The position numbers were made by a program, and so were the translations under genes. The notes beneath the pieces were generated by a model. The model saw only the letters and a list, made by a program, of their open reading frames with translations. It searched no databases and was not told where the DNA came from. DNA of 39,031 bases from Planctomycetota bacterium (GTDB lineage Bacteria > Planctomycetota > MHYJ01 > JACPRB01): contig DASXTT010000113.1 in NCBI GenBank assembly GCA_036505255.1, forward strand, positions 1 through 39,031. Reading direction: 5' to 3'. Below, piece after piece: positions 8,079-18,393 of this stretch; the stretch's first letter is position 1, and each line of letters opens with the position of its first letter.

Positions 8079-10226
8079 ATGAATCCAATGGAAGACCGCG
8101 AGCTGTTCATCAACCGGGAGCTGAGCTGGCTCGAGTTCAACGCGCGGGTCCTCGAGGAGGCCCAGGACCCCTCCGTCTCCCTCCTGGAGCGCCTCAAGTT
8201 TCTCGCCATCTTCAGCGGGAATCTCGACGAGTTCTACATGGTCCGGGTCGCGGGGTTGAACAACCGGGAGCCGGGCGAAATCTCCAGCCCCGAGGCCAAC
8301 GACGGTCTCGCGACCCGCGAGGTGCTCGAGGCCATCTCGAAACGCGTCCACGAGCTGGTCGGGGAACAGTACCGGGTCCTGCGCGAAGAGGTCCTGCCGG
8401 GCCTCGGCAAGGCCGGGCTGAAACTCGTGCCGGTGTCCGAGGTGAGCGCGGCTCACGCGACGGAACTCGAAACCTATTTCCAGCAGAAGGTGATGCCGGT
8501 CCTCACGCCGATGGCGATCGACCCGGCCCACCCCTTCCCGCACATCCAGAATCGCTCCCTCTACCTCGGCGTCTTCCTCAAGACCAAGACCCGGGGCAAG
8601 GTCCGGGCTCCGGAGACCTTCCTGGCCATCATCCCCGTCCCCCCGATTCTTCCGCGCTTCGTCCCCGTGACGTCGGGCGAGGGAGGCGACCAGTTCGTCC
8701 TGCTCGAGGAGCTGATCGGGTCCCACCTGGGACAGATCTTCCAGGGGTTCGCGGTCCAGGAGTACACGATCTTCCGGCTCACGCGCGACCAGGACTTCGA
8801 GCTGACCGACCAGGATTCCGAGGATCTCCTGAAGCAGATCCAGTCGGAGCTCTCGAAGCGGAAGCGGGGAGCGGCGGTGCGGCTGGAGATCGGCAAGGGG
8901 GTCTCGGAGGGGCTCTCCCGCGCCCTCACGGGATGGTTCGAGCTCGAGGCGAACGACGTGTTCGCGATCGAGGGGCCTCTGAATCTTGCCTCGTTCTGGA
9001 CGTGGTGGGGACTCCCGGGTCACGCGTCGCTTCGGGACGATCCCGGCACGCCCCAGCCGCCGAAGCGCCTGCAGAAACACAAGGGGGACCTCTTCAGCCT
9101 GATCCGACAGGGCGACCTCCTCCTGCACCACCCTTTCGAAGGGTTCGAGACCGTCGTCGATTTCGTCCAGCAGGCCGCGAAGGACCCCGACGTGCTGGCC
9201 ATCAAGCAGACCCTGTATCGCACGGGGCGCAACTCCCCCGTGGTGGCGGCGCTGTCGCACGCCGCGGAGCGGGACAAGCAGGTGACGGCGCTCGTGGAGC
9301 TGAAGGCCCGCTTCGACGAGGAGGCGAACATCGAATGGGCGCGCCAGCTGGAGCGCGTCGGCGCCCACGTCGTGTACGGCCTCGTGGGCCTCAAGACGCA
9401 CTGCAAGGTGACCCTGGTCGTCCGCAACGACGGCGACCGGATCCGGCGCTACGTCCACCTCGGAACCGGGAACTACAACCCCGCGACGGCGAAGATGTAC
9501 ACCGACCTGGCGCTGATGACGTGCGACGACCGGATCGGCGAGGAGGTGGCGCTGCTCTTCAACATGATGACGGGGTATTCGCTCCCGCCCAAGTGGCAGA
9601 AGATCGCCGTGGCGCCCCACGGCCTGCGCGAGTGGGCCATCGAGAAGATCGAGCGTGAAATCGCCCACCGACAGGCGGGGCGCGACGCGCGCATCATCGC
9701 CAAGATGAACGCCCTGGTCGACGGGGCCGTGATCCGGGCCCTCTACCGCGCTTCGCAGGCCGGCGTCCCGATCGAGCTCATCGTCCGCGGCATCTGCTGC
9801 CTGCGGCCCGGGATCCCCGGCGTGAGCGAGACGATCCGGGTCCGCTCGATCGTGGGGCGCTACCTCGAACACAGCCGGATCTTCTACTTCGCCAACGGGG
9901 GGACCCCGGAGGTCTTCCTCGGAAGCGCCGATTGGATGCCGCGCAACTTCGACCGGCGCGTCGAGGTCGTCTTCCCCGTGGAGGAGCGCGCCCTGAAGCA
10001 GCGCCTCATCGACGAGATCCTGGCCGTGACGCTCCTCGACGACGCCAAGGCGCGCGTGCTGCGCCGGGACGGGACGTACGCACGGGTCGGAGGATCGCTG
10101 TCGAGCCAGCGGGTCTTCCAGGAACTGGCGCAGGGGGCGGAGCGGACCTTCCAGCTCCCGCCTCCCCCGGGCGAGCTGCCCCGGACGGACAGTTCGCGCC
10201 GCCGCGCGGCCACTCCTGAAGCCTGA
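8079..10226 (+). CDS. ppk: Polyphosphate kinase 1 (PPK1)
   Basis: ORF 8034..10226, start at ATG 8079 (MNPMEDRELFINRELSWLEFNARVLEEA). Hallmarks run the full length: FLAIFSGNLDEFYMVRV, HHPFEGF, KTHCKVTLVVR (phospho-His region), GTGNYN, EHSRIFYF. Confidence 0.92.
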   Translation: MNPMEDRELFINRELSWLEFNARVLEEAQDPSVSLLERLKFLAIFSGNLDEFYMVRVAGLNNREPGEISSPEANDGLATREVLEAISKRVHELVGEQYRVLREEVLPGLGKAGLKLVPVSEVSAAHATELETYFQQKVMPVLTPMAIDPAHPFPHIQNRSLYLGVFLKTKTRGKVRAPETFLAIIPVPPILPRFVPVTSGEGGDQFVLLEELIGSHLGQIFQGFAVQEYTIFRLTRDQDFELTDQDSEDLLKQIQSELSKRKRGAAVRLEIGKGVSEGLSRALTGWFELEANDVFAIEGPLNLASFWTWWGLPGHASLRDDPGTPQPPKRLQKHKGDLFSLIRQGDLLLHHPFEGFETVVDFVQQAAKDPDVLAIKQTLYRTGRNSPVVAALSHAAERDKQVTALVELKARFDEEANIEWARQLERVGAHVVYGLVGLKTHCKVTLVVRNDGDRIRRYVHLGTGNYNPATAKMYTDLALMTCDDRIGEEVALLFNMMTGYSLPPKWQKIAVAPHGLREWAIEKIEREIAHRQAGRDARIIAKMNALVDGAVIRALYRASQAGVPIELIVRGICCLRPGIPGVSETIRVRSIVGRYLEHSRIFYFANGGTPEVFLGSADWMPRNFDRRVEVVFPVEERALKQRLIDEILAVTLLDDAKARVLRRDGTYARVGGSLSSQRVFQELAQGAERTFQLPPPPGELPRTDSSRRRAATPEA

Positions 10227-10243
10227 ACGCGGATCATGGATGA

Positions 10244-10314
10244 CGGATTGTGGATTGTGGATGACCAGGCGGATGCGGTCTAACGCCCATCAATAATCCG
10301 CAATCCACAATCCG
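10244..10314. terminator. Long hairpin between convergent ppk1 and the prolyl oligopeptidase gene (putative bidirectional terminator)
   Basis: Perfect 14-bp arms cggattgtggattg (10244-10257) / caatccacaatccg (10301-10314) with a 43-nt loop. Each arm is a tandem duplication of a heptamer (ggattgt x2). No U-tract. Confidence 0.5.
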
Positions 10315-10317
10315 GGC

Positions 10318-12408
<2,091 letters not shown>

Positions 12409-12490
12409 CGATGGCTCCGGTAATTGACCGGAACATCATGCCCGGGAGACCTGACACCCGCAAGGCTTTGACCGTGATGCGGGACCGTCA

Positions 12491-12553
12491 TCAGACTTCA
12501 GACTTCCGACTTCGGTAGCCGACAGCTGACGGCTCCTGAAGTCTGAAGTCTGA
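12491..12553. terminator. Hairpin with heptamer-duplicated arms between the prolyl oligopeptidase upstream region and the SEC-C gene end
   Basis: Perfect 16-bp arms tcagacttcagacttc (12491-12506) / gaagtctgaagtctga (12538-12553). A third partial copy, ctgaagtctg, lies at 12558-12567. The arms are cagactt x2. Confidence 0.45.
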
Positions 12554-12573
12554 TTTCTGAAGTCTGTCTCAAT

Positions 12574-13083
12574 TCACTGGCCACAGCACTTCTTGAATTT
12601 CTTGCCGCTCCCGCACGGGCAGGGATCGTTGCGGCCGATGGCCGGCGTGCCGCGGCGGACGGGCGGCGTGCGCGCGCCGCCCCCGGTCCGGCAGCGCGCG
12701 AGGTAGGCCGGACCGAGCGCCCGCACGAACGCGGCGCCTCCGGAGAGGCGGCCCTGCGCCTGGAGCGTCTCGAGAAACGTCGCGAGAATCTCGGGAGCCC
12801 GGGGTCGGACCTCCTCGGGCAGGTCGAGGGCGGGAATCCGGTCGAGCAGCGCGGCGCGGAACCCGGCCTCGCCGACGGTCTCCGGTCCCGACCCTTCCGC
12901 TTCGCAGGCCGCCCGAAGAAATTCCGCGGAGAGGGCGACGGCCGATTCTTTTTCAGCGGGAGAGAGCGCGCCGAACGCCGGCGTCTCGGCGAAATCGGCG
13001 GCCCACGTCTCGACCCGCTCGCGATCGTAAGTGGAAAGGTCCATGAAGGGCGCGCGATCGAAATCCCATCCGGGTTCGCGCAT
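12574..13083 (-). CDS. SEC-C motif (metal-binding) domain protein
   Basis: The C-terminus [17 protein letters not shown] is the SEC-C zinc motif. The start is uncertain: ATG 13083 is chosen to avoid an antisense overlap with the CHAD gene, with ATG 13113 and GTG 13134 as alternatives. Confidence 0.65.
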   Translation of the reverse strand: MREPGWDFDRAPFMDLSTYDRERVETWAADFAETPAFGALSPAEKESAVALSAEFLRAACEAEGSGPETVGEAGFRAALLDRIPALDLPEEVRPRAPEILATFLETLQAQGRLSGGAAFVRALGPAYLARCRTGGGARTPPVRRGTPAIGRNDPCPCGSGKKFKKCCGQ

Positions 13084-13135
13084 TCTCCTTATATCATCGC
13101 CGGCCGAAGCCATGATCGCGGAATCGGACGTCACG

Positions 13136-13915
13136 ATGGATCCCCGCCTGCGGCGGCTGGGGGCCCGGCTGCTCCGGCAGGGCGCGCTTTACGACCGGCT
13201 GGCGCGGGCTCCGAGGAGCGAAGAGACCATTCACCGCCTGCGGGTCCTCACGCGCCGGATGAGGGCGGCCTGCACGCTGGCGCGCCGGATAGCCCCCGCC
13301 CCGGCCCTCCGCGACCTCGCGCGCGGACTCCGGAAAACGGGGCGGGCGCTCGGGGAGAGACGGGCCCTCGACGTGGCCGCCGCCGACTATGCCTTCCTGT
13401 CGGGGGGAAAAACCCATCCCCTGATCGAGCGCGCACGCATCGTCGCGGAAACAAAACTCCTGCGGCGTCTCCGGCCCCGCGATCGCGAGGCCGTGGTCGC
13501 CGCGACCCGGGGGGCCGCCCGCGCGATGGGATCGGCGGAGGCGGAACCCGGAGCGCTCGAGCGCTTCCTTCGCCGCCGGAAGGAGCGCCTCCGGAACGCC
13601 TCAGGGGCGGTGACCAAGGAGGAGCTGCACGTTCTACGGATCGAAGCGAAGAAGACGCGGTACGCCCTCGAGGCGGCGAGGGTGATGACCGGCGGACGAG
13701 CGGCGCCCGCCGAGAGGACTCTCAAGAGGCTCCAGCGCCAACTGGGCCGGATCCACGACCTGGAGGTGCTTCGAGCCCTCCTCCCCGCCCGGGACCCCGT
13801 CGCGGTCCGCGCCGCGGCGCAAGAGGCGTCGCTCCGGAACGGGGTCCGTCCCCTCGCCAATGCCCTGAACTCCGTCGCGCTGGTCCCGCGCGGGCGAAAC
13901 GGCCGCACGCCATGA
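13136..13915 (+). CDS. CHAD-domain protein (polyphosphate-granule-associated family)
   Basis: Repeated CHAD signatures [14 protein letters not shown] and [16 protein letters not shown], plus [14 protein letters not shown]. The stop overlaps the ppx start (ATGA). The alternative start is ATG 13112. Confidence 0.75.
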   Translation: MDPRLRRLGARLLRQGALYDRLARAPRSEETIHRLRVLTRRMRAACTLARRIAPAPALRDLARGLRKTGRALGERRALDVAAADYAFLSGGKTHPLIERARIVAETKLLRRLRPRDREAVVAATRGAARAMGSAEAEPGALERFLRRRKERLRNASGAVTKEELHVLRIEAKKTRYALEAARVMTGGRAAPAERTLKRLQRQLGRIHDLEVLRALLPARDPVAVRAAAQEASLRNGVRPLANALNSVALVPRGRNGRTP

Positions 13916-15489
13916 AACTCGGGGTGCTGGATATCGGGTCGAACTCGATCCACGTCGTGATCGCGGAGATCTCGGGGGAGACCCAGTTCGAGATCGTCGG
14001 CCGCGGGAAGGACATGACGCGGCTGGGCGACGAGACCCTCAAGACCGGCTGGCTCTCGCGCCGCAAGATGGAGGAGGGGATCGCCGTCGTCCAGAGGTTC
14101 GTCCAGCTCGCGCGCCACCGGGGCGTGCAGAAGATGCTCGCCTTCGCCACGGCCGCGATCCGCGAGGCGTCGAACGGCGGCGAGTTCGTGGACCGGATCC
14201 TGCGCCAGACCGGGCTCAAGGTCCGCACCATCACGGGGGACGAGGAGGCGAGGCTCATCTACCTCGCCGTGCGCCACTTCACCGACCTCTCGAACCGGCG
14301 CGCCCTCGTCGTGGACATCGGCGGCGGAAGCGTCGAGTTCATCGTCGGCTCGAACCAGGTCATGCTCGCCGAGCGGAGCCTGAAACTCGGCGGCGCCCGG
14401 CTGCGGGACCTGTTCATCACGGACCAGCCGGTACCCAAAGACGACCACGAGCGGATCCACCGCCACCTGGAGGAGACGATGGATCCCGCGCTCGCCGAGA
14501 TGCGGGCCGCGGGATTCGAGCAGATCATCGCGACCTCGGGCACCGCCATCAACCTGGGGTCGATCATCCACGAGCGCCGGACGGGTCAGCCCCTGGCCAA
14601 CCCGCTCGGCTTCACCTACACGGCGGAGGACCTGAAGGAGGTCCATCGCGACCTCGCCCGGTCCACCCGGCGGGAGCTCGAGGAAATCCCCGGGCTCGAC
14701 CCGGAGCGTCGGGATCACCTGCTGCCGGGCGCGTGCCTCCTCCTCCATCTTCTGAAGAGCACCGGGAGGCGCGAGATCATTCTCAGCGACAAGGCGATCC
14801 GTGAAGGGGTCATCCTGGACTACCTTCAGAAGAACTCGCGCAAGATCCGTGCCGAGATCGAAATCCCCAACGTCCGGATGCGCTCGGTGGTCCAGCTGGC
14901 GGCGCGGTGCGAGTACGAGGCGCCCCATGCGCGCGCCGTGGCGAAGCTCGCGCTCCAGCTGTACGACGGAGTCCCGCTCCCCCCCGGCCTGCGCCCGAAC
15001 GCGCGCGAGCTGCTCGAGTACGCCGCGCTCCTTCACGACGTCGGTTACCACGTCAGCTTTTCGAAACACCACAAGCACGCCTATTACCTGATCAAGAACG
15101 CGGAGCTGCCCGGATTTTCTCCCGAGGAGATCGAGATCATCGCGAGCGCCGCCCGCTACCACCGGAAGCGGCCCCCCAAGGCGAAGGACCTCGCGGGCGG
15201 GGGGCTCCAGGACCGGGACCGCCGCACCGTCGCGGCCCTGGCCGGGATCCTCCGCGTCGCGGACGCCCTCGACCGCAGCCATTTCGGCGTGGTCAGCGAC
15301 GTCCGGATCTCCGGCGGGCGCAAGGGCCTGAAGATCCGGATCGTCTCCAAGGGCGATCCCGCCATGGAAATCTGGGCCGCCGAGCGCCGCAAGGGGTTTC
15401 TCGAGAAGGTCTGCGGCCGCCCCATCCAGATCGGCCCCGCCGGGGCGGCCGGGAAGAAGAGGGCCCGCGACCTGACCCGGTCCGGGTAG
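13912..15489 (+). CDS. ppx: Exopolyphosphatase, Ppx/GppA family, with a C-terminal HD domain
   Basis: [30 protein letters not shown] and ATSGTA are ASKHA-fold motifs. LLHDVGYHVSFSKHHKHAYYLI is the HD domain. Confidence 0.9.
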   Translation: MKLGVLDIGSNSIHVVIAEISGETQFEIVGRGKDMTRLGDETLKTGWLSRRKMEEGIAVVQRFVQLARHRGVQKMLAFATAAIREASNGGEFVDRILRQTGLKVRTITGDEEARLIYLAVRHFTDLSNRRALVVDIGGGSVEFIVGSNQVMLAERSLKLGGARLRDLFITDQPVPKDDHERIHRHLEETMDPALAEMRAAGFEQIIATSGTAINLGSIIHERRTGQPLANPLGFTYTAEDLKEVHRDLARSTRRELEEIPGLDPERRDHLLPGACLLLHLLKSTGRREIILSDKAIREGVILDYLQKNSRKIRAEIEIPNVRMRSVVQLAARCEYEAPHARAVAKLALQLYDGVPLPPGLRPNARELLEYAALLHDVGYHVSFSKHHKHAYYLIKNAELPGFSPEEIEIIASAARYHRKRPPKAKDLAGGGLQDRDRRTVAALAGILRVADALDRSHFGVVSDVRISGGRKGLKIRIVSKGDPAMEIWAAERRKGFLEKVCGRPIQIGPAGAAGKKRARDLTRSG

Positions 15490-15612
15490 GATTTTCCGCT
15501 GTCCCAAAGAGAGACACAAATAATTCAGAATATTTTCCCAATTTCCCGAGAAAATACTGGCGCCGCGCGGGCCCCGAGGTACAGTGATCGCGCCGCTTCA
15601 GGAGGACCGTTC

Positions 15613-16209
15613 ATGAGAAATCTGCTCCGCGCGATCGCGAGACTTCCCCGTCGCCGGCTGCGGCTCCTGATCCGGGCCAGCCGGATCGAGGCGGTCATCG
15701 CGCGGCTCGAGACCCGGTTGAAATCGGCGCGGAAGGAGAAGGCGTCCCTCGAGGCGAAGGAGGCGCGGCTCGAGCGCCGCGTCGCCGGCGCGGAACGGAA
15801 GCTGGCGTCGGTGCTCGAGGGAGCGGGAGTGTCGGGGCGCGGGCCCGGGCGTCCTCCGAAGCGTCGCGGTCCCGGCCGGCCGCCCAAGGCGCGGCGTCGC
15901 GGTCCCGGCCGGCCTCCGAAACGGCGCGGACCCGGGCGTCCTCCCAAGGCGGGCGCGAGCCGCCGACGTCGCCACCGCATCAATGAGAAGCCCCTGGCTC
16001 TGGCGCTGCGCGACGTCCTCTCCCAGAAGAACCAGCCCATGGCCGTCGCTGAACTGGCGGACCTCGTGCGCCAGCAGGGCTACAAGACCAAGAGCAAGCC
16101 CTCGATCTTCGCGATCACGGTAAGCCTGGCGCTCCGGAAGCACCCGGATCTGTTCGCCCGAACGGGGCGGAAATACCAGATGGCGAAATCCGCGGCCCCG
16201 TCGAATTGA
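15613..16209 (+). CDS. DNA-binding protein: N-terminal coiled coil, four tandem AT-hook-like repeats, and a C-terminal winged-helix (HARE-HTH-like) domain
   Basis: GRGPGRPPKRRGPGRPPKARRRGPGRPPKRRGPGRPPK (nt 15835-15948). C-terminus: PMAVAELADLVRQQGYKTKSKPSIFAITVSLALRKHPDLFARTGRKYQM. GGAGGA lies 6 nt upstream of the ATG. The upstream region is AT-rich. Confidence 0.75.
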   Translation: MRNLLRAIARLPRRRLRLLIRASRIEAVIARLETRLKSARKEKASLEAKEARLERRVAGAERKLASVLEGAGVSGRGPGRPPKRRGPGRPPKARRRGPGRPPKRRGPGRPPKAGASRRRRHRINEKPLALALRDVLSQKNQPMAVAELADLVRQQGYKTKSKPSIFAITVSLALRKHPDLFARTGRKYQMAKSAAPSN

Positions 16210-16258
16210 CCGGCGCGGGTTCACCGAAAGAAGTGCGGGAAAACTCCGGAGGCGCGCC

Positions 16259-16825
16259 TCAGGAGCGGCCGAGAATTTCGTCGACCACGAAGATCGCCCG
16301 CACGTCGTAGCCCTTCGACCGCAGTTCCGACCCGCCCCCCTCGATCCGGTCGACCAGGCAGTAGACGCGCTCCACCTTCGCCCCGGCCGCCTCGGCCTGC
16401 GCGATCGCCTCCTTCGCGGAGCCGCCGGTGGTCAACACGTCCTCGACGACCGCGACGCGCGTCCCGGCGAGGGGCGCCCCCTCGACGCGTTTCTGCGTCC
16501 CGTGGGCTTTCATCTCCTTCCGGACGAGGAAGGCCCGGACGGGCCGGCCTTCCTGGTGGGAGACGACGGCCACGCCGGCCGCGATGGGATCCGCCCCGAG
16601 CGTCAGCCCGCCGACGGCCTCGATGCCCGAACCCTTCATGTCCTCCACGATGAGGCGGCTCAGGAGGCACAGCCCCTCGGGGTCGAGCGTGACCAGGCGG
16701 CAATCGAGGTAGTAGGCGCTCGTCTTTCCGCTCGCGAGCGTGAAGGTCCCCCTCTTGAGGGCCTTTTCGCGGACGATTTCGAGGAGCCGGGCGCGCGCGC
16801 CCGCGGCTTCGAACGGCGCGGTCAT
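16259..16825 (-). CDS. pyrE: Orotate phosphoribosyltransferase
   Basis: GTFTLASGKTSAYYLDCR and the PRPP-binding loop VAVVEDVLTTGGS. Start at ATG 16825 (MTAPFEAAG). Confidence 0.9.
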   Translation of the reverse strand: MTAPFEAAGARARLLEIVREKALKRGTFTLASGKTSAYYLDCRLVTLDPEGLCLLSRLIVEDMKGSGIEAVGGLTLGADPIAAGVAVVSHQEGRPVRAFLVRKEMKAHGTQKRVEGAPLAGTRVAVVEDVLTTGGSAKEAIAQAEAAGAKVERVYCLVDRIEGGGSELRSKGYDVRAIFVVDEILGRS

Positions 16826-16833
16826 GGGAGGGG

Positions 16834-16862
16834 ACCATCGCACGCGCCGCGTCCGGTGTCAA
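16834..16862 (-). promoter_or_regulatory. Putative sigma70-type promoter for pyrE (TTGACA, 17 nt, GATGGT)
   Basis: On the minus strand: a perfect TTGACA (16862..16857), a 17-nt spacer, GATGGT (16839..16834), then 8 nt to ATG 16825. This implies a near-leaderless transcript. Sequence pattern only. Confidence 0.3.
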
Positions 16863-16888
16863 CGGTCGGGCGCCGTCCCCGTTCCGGG

Positions 16889-16902
16889 ACAAATCGATTT
16901 GT
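16889..16902. promoter_or_regulatory. Perfect 14-bp palindrome (acaaatcgatttgt) in the pyrE / ECF-sigma divergent intergenic region; possible operator
   Basis: Self-complementary and AT-rich in a GC-rich context. It abuts a TTGACG (16904-16909), 19 nt, TGgTACATT (16926-16934) promoter-like arrangement facing the sigma-factor gene. Confidence 0.3.
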
Positions 16903-17196
16903 TTTGACGGATTCCGATTCGCGGGTGGTACATTCGGGGCGATCCGTGCTTTCTCCCCCCGGGCCGTCTGGGACCGGGACGCGGCGGCGTTTGGAGCGGG
17001 AAGGAGGCGCCGCCGGGGAGGACGGATCGTGGCGGTCGCTGCGGGTGGGTGGCGGCTGCGGCTTCTGTTCCGATCTGCTATCGCGGACGGTTTGTGGGCC
17101 GTCTGCGGTGGCGCGCCTTCCCTTCAGGTTCCGTCCGGCCCTCCCGCGCCGCTGCTCCCGGCTCTGGCGCCACCTTACGGGGGGCGGTGCAGGATC

Positions 17197-17736
17197 ATGC
17201 CCGCACCAGAGCGTCCGACCGAGCCGTCGGACGAGGAACTCGTCGCGCGCCTCGTCGCCGGGGACCGCTCGGCGGGCGATCTGCTCGTCCGCCGCCACTA
17301 CAAGCTCGTGGCCAAGACCGTCCGCGACGTGGGGGCCGAGGAGCAGTCGGTCGAGGACATGGTGCAGGACATCTTCCTGCGCGCCTTCCGGAAGGCCTCC
17401 CGGTACCAGGCTTCGCTGGGCCGTTTCACGGCGTGGCTCGCCACGGTCGCGCGCCACGACGCCCTCAACCACCTCCGCCGGCGCCGCGCCGCGACCGTCA
17501 GTCTCGACGAGACCCTGCTGGCCGCGGGCACGACCTCCGAGGGGGGTTCCGAGGTGACGATCGCCCTCATGGAGGCGATCGGCAAGCTCAAGGAACCGGG
17601 ACAGACCATCGCGCGCCTGCGGTTGCTTGAGGGAAAATCGTTCGCGCAGATCGGGCGGGCGACCAATCATCCCACCGAGACGGTGAAGACGATCTATTAC
17701 CGGAACATCGTGAAACTGCGCAAAGCGATCCGGTAG
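17197..17736 (+). CDS. ECF-type sigma-70 family RNA polymerase sigma factor
   Basis: Region 2 (DLLVRRHYKLVAKTV..VQDIFLRAF..FTAWLATVARHDALNHLRRR) and region 4 (LRLLEGKSFAQIGRATNHPTETVKTIYYRNIVKLR). Start at ATG 17197. No adjacent anti-sigma gene. Confidence 0.85.
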   Translation: MPAPERPTEPSDEELVARLVAGDRSAGDLLVRRHYKLVAKTVRDVGAEEQSVEDMVQDIFLRAFRKASRYQASLGRFTAWLATVARHDALNHLRRRRAATVSLDETLLAAGTTSEGGSEVTIALMEAIGKLKEPGQTIARLRLLEGKSFAQIGRATNHPTETVKTIYYRNIVKLRKAIR

Positions 17737-17785
17737 GACGTCGGGCGAAAAGCGTCGGGACCCGGAATCGGCCCGCCAACCCCGC

Positions 17786-18328
17786 TCAGGGCTGGGCGGC
17801 CTTCGCGCCTCCCTGGCGCGCCTCGAACCGGAAGATGACCGCGCCGCGCACCGTCGCGAAATTCGCGACGGAGACCCACCGCTTGGCCTCGATCGTGACC
17901 GGCTTCCAGTCCGACCGGAGCGACGGCACCGCGTCCCCCTTGGCGTTCAGGAAAGCGACCCGCCACTCGAAGGTGACGGGGGCGTCCGACTTGTTGTTGA
18001 AGAGCCGGAGGGTGACTCCGAAGTGGTTGTCCGCGTCCTCGCGCGTCACGTGGTCCACCCACACGGCGCCGTCGAGGAAACTCTCGCCGGCCGCGGTGCT
18101 TCCCTCCGCGTACCCGACCGTCTTGGCGGGGTCCTTGCGCCGGCCGACGCCCAGCTCGGAGGTCCGCTCGATTTTCTCGAGCAGCTCCGCCGTCGTGGCG
18201 GTGTCCCCTTCCGGGCTGACCGCGGCGGCGGGATAGTCGCTGACGACGAGGCTCTCCTCGGGGGAGCTGCCGCATCCGGCGAGGATGAGCAGGCCGAGGG
18301 CGAGCGGGGCGGACAGTTTCATGGTCAT
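17786..18328 (-). CDS. Hypothetical lipoprotein
   Basis: MTMKLSAPLALGLLILAGCGSS (lipobox LAGC). AAGGAG lies 5 nt upstream of ATG 18328. The beta-rich mature part has no confident family assignment. Confidence 0.7.
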   Translation of the reverse strand: MTMKLSAPLALGLLILAGCGSSPEESLVVSDYPAAAVSPEGDTATTAELLEKIERTSELGVGRRKDPAKTVGYAEGSTAAGESFLDGAVWVDHVTREDADNHFGVTLRLFNNKSDAPVTFEWRVAFLNAKGDAVPSLRSDWKPVTIEAKRWVSVANFATVRGAVIFRFEARQGGAKAAQP

Positions 18329-18393
18329 GGCGGCTCCTTGCTGGACCCGCATACTAGGACGGGCCGGGGGTGCCGTCAAACTTCACAATTCCG

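Noticed and set aside
15835-15948. Apparent tandem DNA repeat of 27-33 nt period; similar GGN runs at 23295-23360 and 20283-20345, and a CCN run at 27105-27128
   Set aside because: These are coding repeats (AT-hooks, poly-Gly linkers, poly-Pro) inside well-supported ORFs. They are not CRISPR arrays, satellites or mobile-element repeats, and no spacer-repeat structure is present anywhere in the window.
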